Source of the DNA: Takakia lepidozioides
Taxonomy: Eukaryota; Plantae; Bryophyta
Length of the DNA stretch: 64,000 nt
Direction of reading: 5' to 3'
NCBI GenBank assembly: GCA_030704615.1
Contig: CM060734.1
Span: 8,184,001 to 8,248,000, forward strand
The notes beneath the pieces were generated by a model. That model was not told the DNA's origin, ran no database searches, and saw nothing but the letters and a program-made list of their open reading frames with translations. The position numbers and the translations under genes were made by a program. Positions within the stretch are counted from its first letter, which is position 1. Each line of letters opens with the position of its first letter. Shown here in pieces: positions 22,141-34,928 of this stretch.

Positions 22141-24530
22141 CACCATGCTGTTTCCACCATGCCAAGGGAGAGGTCTCTTTTAAACTCCCTGGCTGCTTGA
22201 AAAAACCGTAACCATTAATGACAAAGCAAAGAGCTGGAGACAAAGCAAAACAAGGCCTACAAACTGATCTGTGTCCCACACGAACCATCATAATTTTTGC
22301 TGTCATTGCCAGGTTTATTATCAAGCTGAAAACCAAGTAGACCAGGGCCAAAAACTGATGTGTATGTCCCACAAACCATCATAATCTCTACCATCATTGT
22401 AAGGTTAACCAGGGCCTAAGAACTGATGTGTATGTCCCACACAAGCCACCATATTCAGCACCTATATGTTTAACCTAACAGGTTGGAGACAAAGCAAAAC
22501 AAGGCCTACAAACTGATGTGTGTGTCCCACACAAACCATCATAATCTTTGTCATTATTGCCAGGTTTAATAACAAGTTGAAAGCCAAGTAAACCAGGGTC
22601 TAAAAACTGATGTGTATTTGTCCCACACAAGCCACCATAATCTCTGCCATCATTGCCATGTTTATTAACAAGCTGAAAGCCTAGTAGCCCAGGGCCTAAA
22701 AACTAAGGTGTGTGTCCCACACAAGTCACCATACTCTCAGCCATCATTGAAAGGTTTAACCAAGGCCTAAGAACTGATGTGTGTGTCCCACACAAGCCAC
22801 AATATTCAGCATCTGTATGCTTAACCTAACAGGCTGGAGACAAAGCAAAACAAGGCCTACAAACTGATGTGTGTGTCCCACACGAACCACCATAGTCTTT
22901 GCCATCATTGCCAGGTTTATTAACAAGCTGAAGCCAAGTAAACCAGGGCCTAACTGATGTGTGTGTCCCACACAAGTCACCATATTCTCAGCCATCATTG
23001 CAGGGTTAAACAATGTCCAAGAAGGTACCCAAAGGGCTGCAACAAACTATAACATGCAGCACCTATATGTTTACCCTAACAGACCGGAGGCAAAGCAAAT
23101 CAGGTCCTAAAAACTGATGTGTGTGTCCCACACAAACCACCATAACTCAGGCACCATTGCAGGGTTTAAACAATGCACGGGAAGGTACCCAAAGGGCTGC
23201 AACAAACAATACATTGCAGCCCCTTTATGCTTAACCTGACAGGCTGGGGGCAAGGCAAAGCAAAGCAAGGCAAGGCAGTCTCAGCCATCATTGCAAAACA
23301 GGGGCCCTCCACCAATCTGGAAAGGATTACCCACCACAAGTAGCACTATACTGTCCTTCATAGATCAAACATAGATGTAGGATCATGAAAAACATAGAGT
23401 AGTTTAGTTTTTTCAGATTTCAAGATGAATCCACAGCCAGCCGCCATCTTCACTCCTCTGCAATCCTCATGGCACCCTGCAGCACTTAGCAATCAGCATA
23501 TTAAGTGGAAGCCCTCACCTGTGCCCGTCCCAAAAACAACCACAAAGCATTGTGAGTTAGTGAGGATGCACGAGGTGAATATCAGGCTTCCACACTTGCT
23601 ATCGAGGTCAAATACACATCATACTAAGTACAGAGAACACCATAAAGCACAGGGAAGCATCACAAACAGCAAAGAGAACCTTTTTAACTGTCTGGGGGAT
23701 GGTAGCCATTGCTCCACAACCCAACTGTGTGGGGAAGCCTCCACCAACACCACAACACATACACCTTAACAACAGCAGAGCCTTGCAAGTAAAAACTGAG
23801 CAAGAAAGAGAGCTGTATCAAACAGGTTAGGGTTTATAAAGGGAAGAAAGACTTCCTTGGATTACAATGGAGCGCCGCCACTCATCAATGTCCAGGGGGA
23901 GGGCTCTTAGGGAATCTCCACACAAAGGCAGGTAGTACCTCAGCCATCACTGCCCCTGTTCCCTTGTGCAGCAAAAAACCAGACAGAAGAGAAAGGGTGC
24001 CTTACCTCATCTCAAAAGAACCGCCGTCTCTTTAATGAACCCATAGAGGCGGCATAAAATCTTTAAACAATCCAAGGAGCGGCAACTCATCGTAACTGCA
24101 GCATAAGCACCATCACCTCCTCCATGCCGCCATCATGCAATCCTTGAACGCAAGAGGCAGGAATAGGGTTGCGCAGGGGCCTTACCTTGTCAGGCTGCGA
24201 CAATCATCCACGGACTGGATGAACAACATTCGCTGCTGCCTTGAACCCGACGGATAGATTCCAACTTCCATCACGGGTGGATGAAGAAATCGGGGAATCA
24301 CACCAGGCTTAAAACACATCCAGCTATGGTATAGACTAGATGAAATCAAGGTAGGTTATAACGAAAAATCGTAGGCAGTAATGAAAAATCAGATCCATGC
24401 CAAGGTAAAATGGATGAAAACAAGATGAAATTCATCCGGTTTTCCCTGCAACCCAGATTTTAAGCATAAAAAATATGGAAGTCGGGATAACAATTCCATA
24501 GACCCAGTTTACAGAGGGAGAGAGAGGGAG
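22140..24530 (+). repeat. Rep-A copy 4 (longest), with an internally amplified minisatellite at ~22215-23200
   Basis: aactgatgtgtgtgtcccacacaa-containing units repeat about 10 times; this segment is single-copy at 5798 and 10035. Confidence 0.85.
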
Positions 24531-25270
24531 AGAGAGGGCAACAAAGAGGGAAAAAAAGAAGGTGGGGGGGGGGGACTGATTGAGCAGCTGTTGTTGTTGA
24601 ACGGGAGAGAGGGGGCAGAAGAGAGGCAGAGAGATGGAGAGAGGGGGAAAGAGAGAGCCAGCAAAGCCAAAAAAAAAAACAATGCATGTGGGGGGCTGAG
24701 AGCAGCAAGTGCTGCTGCTCTCAGCTCCCCCCCACCAGAGAGGGTGCAAGAAAAACAAAAAGAAGGTGGGGGGGGTGAGACTAAGCAGCAGCAGCTGCTC
24801 AGTCACTCCCCCCCCTACCTTTTTTTTTGTTTTTTTTTCCTTGTCTCTCCCTCTCTCTCCCTCACTCTCTTTTCTCTCCCTCTGTCCCTATCCCTCTCTT
24901 TCCCCTCTTTCCCTCTCTCTCCCTCTTTTTTTTCACTCACCACAATAAAGAACTAACTAGAGAGGGAGAGGGAGAAAACCTACATCTGCTGCTGCGGCGC
25001 CGTGGCTGCTGCAAACGACGCCTCTCCCCGCCACTGCAGTGCTCTCTCCCCCGCTCCCCCACGCCCTTCTCTCTCCTTCCATTTCCTTTGCGGATGCTTT
25101 TCCACGGCGTTTCTGCCACACAGGAGAGAGAGAGGTTAGCAAGAGAGAAAGAGAGGAAGGAGGCAAAACAAACCTGTGCGGTTCGTCTCCGCGTTGCAAC
25201 CACCCGGGGCGACCTGCAAGTAAGCCGGGAGCTGCTGTCATTGAGCGTACTCCGCTACTCTTTTTCAAGG

Positions 25271-25849
25271 ATGTCGTGTCGCCGAAATCCTGCTGACTGC
25301 CCTTATCATGGCCACGATTATGCTATGTTCAAACCAGAATCAGGAGACATCATTGTCTGGCTCTCTGTTTTCACAGACGCTTCTGGAATCAAGTGGGAGT
25401 CTTTGCGCGCAATGGAGTATCTGGAGGGCTATTACCGCTTTGAGCGAGGTGAGGGCGAGGGTCAATGCGGTCCGTGGGTCCTGAAAATTGTTGACCTCGA
25501 TATACCAAGGTGGAATGGGATGCCGAACAGATCACGCACGGCCTCACTTTGGCGCTGGAACTGCTGCCAGTGGACCAGGGAGGACGGCACCGGGGAAAAC
25601 TATATTCGTGGAATTCACTCCGCTTTTCCAGTGTATGGAGACATCCGGCTGAGTTCCGAAGACGAATCGCACGGGCACAGGAGGCCCACAGTGACCTTGT
25701 CAATGTATGATGGTGGTATGATTGATGGGCATGACATTGTCGTCAGCTTCACCAAGGGCACCAGATCGACCGCATTGCAGTTTACCTCGAGGTGCCGCAT
25801 CAGTAATGAGCTTGTTTTGAGGGCTATCGAAGTTCCGTCGACTTGGTGA
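25271..25849 (+). CDS. Orphan protein X, copy 1 (192 aa, intact)
   Basis: Homologous to 47191-47752 and 51760-52331 (CPY, GDI(I/V)(V/I)W, EY, PW, RWNC, GDIR, GG(M/L)I(D/E)GHDIVV). Conserved CAAGG-ATG start and downstream GATCAATAAA. Confidence 0.8.
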   Translation: MSCRRNPADCPYHGHDYAMFKPESGDIIVWLSVFTDASGIKWESLRAMEYLEGYYRFERGEGEGQCGPWVLKIVDLDIPRWNGMPNRSRTASLWRWNCCQWTREDGTGENYIRGIHSAFPVYGDIRLSSEDESHGHRRPTVTLSMYDGGMIDGHDIVVSFTKGTRSTALQFTSRCRISNELVLRAIEVPSTW

Positions 25850-26127
25850 CGCCCATGTAGAAGGAGGAAGGGCTTAGATTTGTCTGGAGTTGCTAAATGT
25901 GAGACACCATGTTCGATCAATAAAACAACCCATCGTACCTCACTTCTGTGTGCTTGTGTTTCATCGTGTTCAAGAACTGCCGTAATTGGCCCACTGTTTA
26001 CAATTTGAGGTCTCATTTCTACAATGTGTCTGTCCATATGAATATACCGGAGTCAGCGATATCAGAGTCCTGAGGTGAAGAAAATCCATCTATGAGTAAA
26101 ATGAAACATGTACACGCCGAAGCTCGG

Positions 26128-26846
26128 AAATTCGGCACCGCATTTCATTTTTCTCCATGCAGCGATTTCTGGCAGCTCCCTTTCCTCCGTCGTCGTCGTA
26201 ACGGAAATGTTGTACAACATTTCATTTCCTGACATGGCATTACCATACTTCGAATTTGAAATGCGGCGCCGCATTTCCATATTGGACCTTGAATTGTCCG
26301 AGCATATCCAGTCGCTAATGCTTGTCCATGTCCATACTTGAAATGCGCCACCGCATTTCCGGAAAGCACAATGGAATGCGGTGCCACATTTTCGTTGAAG
26401 GGTCTGGAATTGGACAAACAACGATGTCCGTTTTGGAAATGCGGCGCCGCATTTCCATGTACGTCATCGAAATCTCTTATTGGACAATGGAATGTGGTGC
26501 CGCATTCCCGTCTAGCATCATGGAATGGGGAGCCGCATTTCCGTCGATGGGTCTGCAGTTGGAAAAATGTCCATCTCCAAAAGGTAAATGCGGCACCGCA
26601 TTTCCATGTTCGACCTCCGCATTTCCATTTACCTCCATGGGAGCTGGCTGGCAATCGCAAACTGCCGTGTCGGAAACGGAAATGCGGCACCGCATTTCCG
26701 TTTGTCCGAACAGTTTCTGATGTCCAAACCATGAAACGGAAAATTGTTCTTGCCCCGGTTTTGGAAATGCGGTGCCGCATTTCCAAAGGAGGTTTTTGCA
26801 GTTGCCACATTTCCGTTCCGACATTGAAATGCGGTGCCGCATTTCA
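26128..26846. promoter_or_regulatory. Array A of dispersed palindromes, consensus (G)AAATGCGGCGCCGCATTT(C)
   Basis: 12 full and 2 half sites with largely non-repetitive spacers. Further copies in introns at 28138, 29345 and 30550. Confidence 0.85.
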
Positions 26847-26982
26847 GATTTTGGGAGGGACCAGGTTTGGACGATGTTGTCGTTGAGAAGCCCATGGGAG
26901 AGGGGACATGAAGGACGGGGAGAATTTCCTTTATATACTTTGGAATAGAAGTTAAATGTACAGAGAGTTCATTAAATTTCTA

Positions 26983-29900
26983 TTAATCTTGAAAATCATC
27001 ACTATCGTCGTCATGTCCTTGACTGTCCTGCTCCGCCTCCACCCCGTCATTGCCTTTCTCATCTCCAGCGGACTGCTCGGTCGCCAGGCTTTCAAAAATC
27101 CCATCTTCACCTTGCGGAACCGACCATCTCACCTCCATTGGCTCGTCGTCCTTCCTGTCTGCATCACTCTCATCCGCTGAATCACATATGAACTTTCGCA
27201 CCCGTCTACCTGTCTCAGCTGTTGCCAACTCTTTCATTATCCTTCTGTCCTCCCTAGCCCTCTCCAAAATCTGCTCTACTTTACTGGGATTCTCACATCG
27301 TCTAATCGCTGTATTTGCGAGTTTAGCTGCATAACTAGGAAGGGAGTAGTCATTCACCGGGCTCGTCATGAAGGACACATCCGTCTGGGGATCCCATTTG
27401 GAAGGGCTGCAACGGAATGAGAAGGCTCCCATCGAAGCCAAAGACTCCTCGGATTCGTCGGAGTTGGAGGAAGAGACGGTGGACATTGATGCCGAGGAGA
27501 ACCCGGAATACGAGTGAGTGCAAACATTGTAAGTTTGCAAAGCCTTCTGGGTGATTTTTTGTCAAACGCATTTCCGAACTGTGGTTCTCATTGGTCTCGT
27601 TGGTGATTGTTATGTGCAGGATTCCAGGATCCGGGTCAAAACATGTAGGGCCTACACTTCCTGCCAGGAAGAATGTCCCGTTCTTTGCGAGGGTAGGCAA
27701 AGAGGTGCCGGTCGGAAAACCGCCCAGCCCACATTGAGGCACCTGTTACAATGCCATCCACACATTATGACATGGCCCTTCAGATGTTGCGAATGAAAGC
27801 ATAACGAGAATTTGCAGAACAACATACAACAAGATTCTGCATACCTGTCCCACAGATGAGGTCGAGCATTGTGCCCTCCACGTCAGTGCATGTCTCCATA
27901 ATTGTCTGAATGAAGGCAGGGCTCCGAGTCCGTGAATACCGCAGGGGTTCAGTTGAAGTGAGGCTATGAGGGAGAAGTTCCGTGGGAACGTTGTTGAACA
28001 GGACGTCGTAATCGATGGGTCGCAGTTCGGCAACCAACAATCCCTCCTTCCGGAAAGCAAAGGTGGAGTTCTCCTTCACAAAGCAGTATGCATAGAACTG
28101 CTTCGTCTGCATACACAGTGGGGAACGATTAGAAATCAAATGCGACACCGCATTTCAAAACTCCAAAGAAAATGAAAGGACGAGTGCCAATGTCGTAATT
28201 ACCTTCTTCCCTTCCGACCGAAGGCCCAATGTGTTGATGCACGTCCACTTTGCAATTCCTGTCTGCGTGTTTTTGCCTCTGCTCGCCAGGACAACCACAT
28301 AGCCTCTGTCATCCAACACCATGCAGGCGAGCCCGAATCATTTCTTCCAAAAGTCCTCGGAGTACCTGTTCCAAGATGGCAAAGCTTGCAGTCCTTCCAC
28401 AGGCTCTCCGTCCGGAATATCCAAGATGATTATATCGCAAGACCACTCGGTGGCATTTCCGCCCCTCCTGCAATCCTTGTCTGCACACACCCTCTCAAAG
28501 AACGAGACCATCTTCAGAAACCCAGGGGTGTCGGAAGGCTCTTTGGCAGCCACCTTCTTCAGTGCTCTGCCCTTCAGACCCTCCATGGTCTTCATGTATG
28601 CCAACTTCGCTGCCCGTCTATCCAAAGCCGCCAAGAAACTCTCATTCACACACTGGACTACTGTATCGGGATCCACTTTTGGCCTCTTCATTTCCACCAG
28701 CTCGAAAGGGTGCCCCCCCGGGGGATTGAAGAGTGCCTTCTTTGCCGAGCCAATTCTCGTCCCTCTCGTAACAACGGTGGGCACAGGGATTTCGGCTGCG
28801 TCTCGGGGGTGGGCTGGTTGCAAAGTCTCCATCGGAGTCTTCTTCCTCACCCTCTACCTGCACTATCTGTTTCTGCTTCTTTGTTTTCTTGGGTGTCACA
28901 ACTGCTGCTCCTTGCTGGCGAGTCCGCTTCTTGGACCCCTTCTGTTGAGCCTGCACAGCTGCATCCACCGTCTTCTGTGCCATCTCAGCTGCCTTTCTGG
29001 ATTGTTCCAGAGCAGCTTCCTTTGCCGACTCTGGCCGAGCAGGGACACGTCTTTCCTTTCTCTTCTCTTCTGCAGATCTTTCTTAGACTCGTCAACAATT
29101 CCGCCAGACATGTCCAGGTACCACGGGCATCCAACCAGATGCGCGACATGCCATTGTTTCTGCATCTCGGGTGTGTAGACACAGCTTGGGCCCGCCACGG
29201 TCCAAGCCATGAAGAACGGGGGCTCTTAAGCCAGGGCCCCTGTCTGAAGAAGCACGTATTTCATATACCTGCAGGGCAGTCAGCATGCGTGAGCAAAAGT
29301 TGAGACCAACGTACTCACAGAGTGCAACCGAAAACTGAAAATGCAAATGCGGTGCCGCATTTCCTAGATAAACCTCATAACCAGGCTTTGCATACAAGGA
29401 CAGCTAGGCTTCAACTGTAAACAATTCGCATTGCAGCTTTTCCCGCTCCCTCCTGATGTGTAAACTCCACGCTCCTTCTTGCTGTCTGCAGCTCCCTGGC
29501 GAAGAGGTTGTCCTTGTACGCACATCTGAAACGTGTCACGTAGTCTTCCAATGTCTGTGTTCCATCCCATTTGACGTACAAGCCGAACGAATTTGTATGC
29601 ATTACGACTTGCTCCTTCGCATTCGTCATTACCTGCGATTCCCACATGCATTGTCACGTAGCAGTTCAGGGAATTCATTTCAGAAAAGCAAATCTGGTGA
29701 AGTACCTTGAATTACCTGGAACCCCCAAGTCATGCGGTTGAGCCACACATCCACTGCAAGGTCGGAAACTTCGAGTGGAGAAGACCACATTGTCCTTATA
29801 CTCTCCGATGCATTCCAGATTGACAGCCACCGTGTCTGCCATTTCCGATCCAATGTCAGGAGCAGGAAGAGTGGCTATTGCTAGGAAGGAACTTCAGTGC

Positions 29901-31862
29901 ATTGAAACATCACCTTCTCTTTCGCTTCAACACATGCCGTTGAGAGGTGATGCAGTTTCTCCAACTGCATGGTCGGCTGCATGGCCCGAGAATAGTGTTT
30001 TGCAATCTCGAGGATGAAGTCCTTTCCAAGTGCCGGATCTGCAATGGCACCACCTTCACAAGCTTTGACTTGTATTTCATTGTGGACTTGACCCCGGCTT
30101 CCTTCAAGTGCTCAGTCAATGACTGCAACGTTTTGACATGCCCCTCACTTTCTATGAAGAAGCGTTTGGCATGGGCCAAATCCAGCTCGATGTTTGACTG
30201 CCAACAAAAACATGCAGAAGCGTTACATTCAATTCATGTGGAAAGATTACTGAAAATTGGGGAAGGATGAGCAGAGGGAAATGGGAGGACGACTTACTTC
30301 GTATATCACCTCCACCATTCCATCCATAGTGAGACGATACCATGTCCGGTCTGTTTTTGCCACGGCTTTCTAAATGAGCTCGGGCTCCAACATTTCCGCA
30401 AACATGTGCGGATCAGTGAGACCAGTTTTCCTCACCCTGTACAACATATGTGCCATGTGGGTATGCACGTACGCATTTTCAGTGACCCTGCAAGGCACAC
30501 TCTCCAGTTCAGTCCACGAAAGCACGGAAACAAAACAGATTGGAAACCGAAATGCGGCACCGCATTTCGAACGAGCTTGGGAGGGTATGAGTATCTTACG
30601 AGTTGAGGTCCGCCATGGCATTCTTGAGGAGGGAGGAGTCTGCCACCTTCATCTTGAGGATGACACACTCCACCATGTAATGCCAGCCAATGTGCTTGGC
30701 ATGGTTCTGCTTGATGTACTCCCACCAGGCGAGAAGTCGGTGATTCCCGTCCCACACAAAGAACATTTTACTCGACATATGGCCGAAGTCTGGATCACCC
30801 TTCAGTGTTGCCTCGAATTCGTCGTTGCGAGTGTGCCAGTGGGTATCCCATGTTGACAATTCATCCGCAGTGGGTCCACGAGATTCGCCGTCCTCATTCT
30901 CAAGGGAAACGTAGAAGGCTGGCGAACCTAGACGGTACCCTTCTCGAAATGTGAACTTGAGCTTATTCACATCTCTGGGAAGTGCCTGTCTGACGATGGG
31001 AAGGGAGACCATGCGACATAGTGGGATTCGAAGAGTCCGCTGGAATACCCTGCTGCCCAGAACTCTGCCAATGCTACTATGTGTCTCATCCAACATTGTA
31101 TCCGCTGCACTTTGGAATTCCTCCGGAGACATTTCTGCTGGTGGCGGTAGGGGCTGAGTAGCTGGAGCATCCCCAACTGGAGCTGCACTCAAGGGAATCT
31201 TTGCGGACAATTCTGCAATTGCAGAGGCCTCCTCCGGGCCTGCAGTATTATGAAGATCTTCCTCAATGGTGGTCAGGTCTTGCTGCGAACGTTGAGAGGC
31301 AGCACCCTCCTCCGGTACCAGATCGACAAAATCGGTCGATCCCATTGCCTTCGCTGCAGTAGAGACGCCCCCAACATCACCAGGCTGGAAATCAAGCAGG
31401 AACTGGGCTTCAGCTCGTGGAATCGGTTTTGCGGGAGACTGCTCCGCCCTCCCCCTGATTTCCTTCTGATTCCTCATTCTTGTAGGTGAAGGTGTCTGCT
31501 GTAATTGAATCTGCTTCATTCGCCTGGGTGGGGGGGAAACGGCCTGGTCCGGTTCAGAAACAAGTTGAAGGACGGGCTGCTTCTTCGTCTTTTGCTGGAG
31601 AAGGGCTAGACCCCTGCTGGCGATTCTCCATGACCTTCGAACGCAAGTCGCTCTCTGGGGCATTGAACTGCAAAGACTTGCCCTTCGAAGCCGCGTCCTT
31701 GAAACGCACAGGGCTAGGCCCGGCAGAAAGACCCGTGCTCGTGGATCGGCTGGGTATGCGTGCTGCATCTAGTCCCACGGACTCTGCCTGCGGCTCTTTG
31801 GATTCCTGCGATCCCTCCAGCACGTCCACCTTTCCGGTTAGGCATGCAAACATCTTCTGCAT
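26983..31862 (-). pseudogene. Spliced ParB/Srx-like domain + beta-class N6A/N4C DNA methyltransferase-like fusion gene, copy 1
   Basis: RIPLCRM..VR...FFVWDGNHRLLAW (30600-31040); IILDIPDG (~28420); RSPAFIQTIMETCTDVEGTMLDLICGTG (~27850-27930). GT-AG introns (e.g. 30599-30488). Several stops and frameshifts. Colinear paralog at 54157-58175. Confidence 0.75.
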
Positions 31863-31959
31863 TCAAGTCTCCTAGCATACAGTCTAAGAATTGCAGAAGA
31901 AAAATGAGGCGGGTTTCGGTGCTCGATCAGCTGGCGAATCTCGATAGCACGGAGCTCCC

Positions 31960-33990
31960 ATGATGCTTGAAGACGTGGACGAAGTAAAGTCGCCCCGTCT
32001 CCTGTGCCGTTGCCGTCTCCTTGGTGGGAATGAAATGGCCCATTTTACTGAACCTATCCACCACCACCATAATTGCATCGAATCCTTTTGACAGCGGCAT
32101 AGCAGTCATGAAATCCATCGAGACACTTTCCCAAGACCCATCTGGAATCGGTAAGGGTTGCAACAGCCCCGCTTGCTTTTTGCACTCGCTCCGGTTTTGT
32201 TGGCATGTGGTGCATGTCTTGACATACTCCTCGGCCTCCTCCCTCAGTTTGGGCCAGAAACACTATTTCTTTAAGAGTGCCGTGGTGCGCTTGGCTCCGT
32301 CGTGGCCCGCAAGCGGGCCATCATGACATTCTCTCAAGAGGCTATCTCTGATCCCTCCCTTCGGCACTTAGAGACGCTTTTGCTTATACCGGAGCAGTCT
32401 ATTTTGCAAGTGAAATTGCGATTTAACCCCCATCCTCAAGTCCCGCATCACGGACTTCGCCATCTCATCCTTCCGGTAAGCCTTCCGGATCTTCTTTTGG
32501 AGCGTCGTCTCACCCTTGTACACCAACAAAAGCTGTTGCTTTGTACTTAAAGCATCGGCCACCACATTGTTTTGTCCCGGTTTTTACTGGATATCCACAT
32601 TGAACAGTGCCAAAGTGTCTTGTCACCTAATTTGTTTTGGGGACAACTTAGGCTGCGTGGCAAATACTTCACCGTGACATTGTGCCGTGAACACCTTCAC
32701 CGGGTTGGAACCAATATAGTGGCGCCAAAGTTCAAGGCAATGCACCACCGCCTTCATTTCTTTCTCGTGCGTAGGCCATGGTCGCTCCACTTTATTCAGT
32801 TTCTTACTTTCGTAAGCCATTCGACGTCCATCCTGCATGAGTACACCCCCAATTGCGAAGTCCGACGCATGTGTATGGATCTCAAATGGACGGTCGAACT
32901 CCGGAATTTTGAGGACTGGAGCTTCCGCCATCCGCTGCTTCAACTCGGCAAAAGCTTGACCACAAAAGGTGTTCCATACCCAGACCTTGGATTTACACAG
33001 GAGGTCTGACAGCGGCCCCGCGATCTTGGCGAAATTTCTCACATACTTCTGGTAATAGGAGGCGAGTCCTAGGAAGGATCGCACTCCCGGGACCGAAGTC
33101 GGAGGCTCCCAGTCCAAAATCGCCCTCACCTTTCTGTCATCCATTTTGATCCCATCCTGTGTAATTACATGCCCCATGAACTCCACTTTTGTGAACCCCG
33201 AATTCACACTTTGAAGCTTTGGCATACAGCTTCCCTTCCCGCAATTTCTGGAACACCCTTTTTAGGTACTCCAGGTGCTCTTCCTTTGTTTTCGAATACA
33301 CCAAGATGTCGTCGATGTACACGATCACAAAGTCATCCAACCACTCAAAGGCTGTTCATTAGCGTGCTAAAGGTTGCGGGTGCGTTGGTGAGCCCAAAAG
33401 GCATCACCAAGAACTCGTACGAACCATATCTTGTCCTGCACGCGGTCTTCTCCTCATCTCCTTCCGCCACTCGAATTTGATGATGCCGGAGCGCAAATCG
33501 ATCCGGCTGAAGCCTGAAATACTTCGCTCCTGCCAACCATGAGATCCACTCCATCGATCTCGCAAATGGTGAAATTCTCACGTCCCTCCCAACTCCCGAG
33601 CTGAAGAGGAACATTGAACGCCAACCTCGTCGCCAATTGTGGTTCTCCTTTGGCAGAACGCACCTCAATAGAGGCCCCCACATCACTTGTCGGGAGTCCC
33701 AGCTTCCGTGCCGTTGCCGGTGTCATGAAGGATTGCAACGTTCCTGTGTCCACCAACAACGACACGTTAGTTCCAGAGATTATCCCACTCACAAACATTA
33801 ACTGACTCCCTTTACGCAAGGCGCCAGTTTCCTGATACAACTCACAAGAGTAGTTGCCTACCTTGCAAGTCTTGGCGACCACCGCCTCCACCAAGCGGCT
33901 GATGGAAGCTTCGGACAACTCTGTGGTTGCCCGAGTCATTTTTTGTCCGCCATAAGGCGTCGCACTTGATTTTCGTTTCGGAGCACCGAG
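31960..33990 (-). mobile_element. Ty3/Gypsy (chromovirus-like) pol relic: protease, RT, RNase H, partial integrase
   Basis: LLVDTG; [17 protein letters not shown]; [10 protein letters not shown]; HASDFAIGGVL..AYESKKL; H..GH..C..C zinc finger; LQPLPIP..WESVSMDF..VVVDRFSKMGHFIP. Order PR-RT-RH-INT. Confidence 0.95.
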
Positions 33991-34175
33991 TGTTAGAAAT
34001 ATAGAAATATAGCATGTCATGTGAATGTTGAGGCTTTGGCTCTAGTCAACAACGGGCCCGTCGCTCAGCAGCCATGTCCACAATGGATAGTTGAAGGGAG
34101 TTTCCCATACTCTGGCCCAAAAATGTGAAGAACCTCCCCCCCGTCCCCCAAGCCTCTCTTGTATATGCAGCTCAA

Positions 34176-34484
34176 GGACCCTACGGAGTGGCTTTCGCAC
34201 TCCAGAATACGAAATTCCAGGGCGCATGGACAGGTGTTTCCGAAGGAAGTCCACCACCTCCTCTGCATTTTGTAGTTTGGGTCCTCCAAAATCCAATTGC
34301 GCTCTTCGCAAGAACCTGCACATGTGAATATGACCATGGCACAACCATCTGTCATCCAATACAAAGGCAAATGTAGCTTGCTCATTCCAAATTCAACAAA
34401 TGAATTGCTGGTAGTGAAGAGGGTGGTAGTGAATGTGTCCCACTGACCTTTTGACCACGGCTCCTGCGCCATCGTGAGGTCCTT
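34176..34484 (-). pseudogene. Sola2-like DDD transposase, downstream exons (GPHDGAGAVVKR | FLRRAQLD..LQNAEEVVDFL)
   Basis: Continues the HGK motif from 38442. GT-AG intron of ~130 bp between the two exons. Confidence 0.7.
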
Positions 34485-34928
34485 TGTCAAGTTAAATAAG
34501 CACAGTGTGAAAACAGCTAGAATAAAACTAGTTATTTGTATTTAACACTTGGATTTAGGTCAAGTGTTAAATCAGGTGTCAAGTTTAGTTTGACACCTGG
34601 TCCGTCTTATCTTCACGAGAGCGGCAGTCGTGCGGCTCATCTTTTTCGAGTTGAGCCTGCGCGACCGAGCTCCTGCATTCTTCAGATCTGAGTGTGCTTA
34701 TGATGGGAGTGTAGGTTGTTGTGGGGTGGAGTCCCTAGCTTGGGGTGCCCCTGGCTCGACTATTATCTTAAAGAGTGATGTTGAGGGATTGCATATTTCT
34801 TGTGTTGAGAGTGTGTGTCCTTTTCTAGTTTGGTTATCACTCGAGAGAGATGAGCTCTATCTAGTTTTCCAGTGCTAAGCTAGATATGATGTTTTTTGTT
34901 TTTTTAAGCACTATTATAATATAGATGG

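Noticed and set aside
22215-23200. Tandem hammerhead ribozymes (CTGATGT-GTGTG/CACAC-GAAC)
   Set aside because: Essential core CUGANGA and GAAA are not matched, and there are no convincing stems I/III.
24827-25270. N-terminal extension of X (340-aa ORF)
   Set aside because: Translates the low-complexity repeat; homology with the other copies starts at ATG 25271.
26128-26846. CRISPR array (also 52781-53396)
   Set aside because: Repeats are only 16-20 bp, spacer lengths vary widely, copies sit in spliceosomal introns, and there are no cas genes.
26062-26895. ORFs with KCGAAF/EMRRRIS/GNAAPHF repeats on both strands
   Set aside because: Artefacts of translating the palindrome; the same peptides appear in all frames on both strands.
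28321-29303. Long plus-strand ORFs (285 and 305 aa)
   Set aside because: Antisense shadows of the minus-strand ParB-MTase exons.
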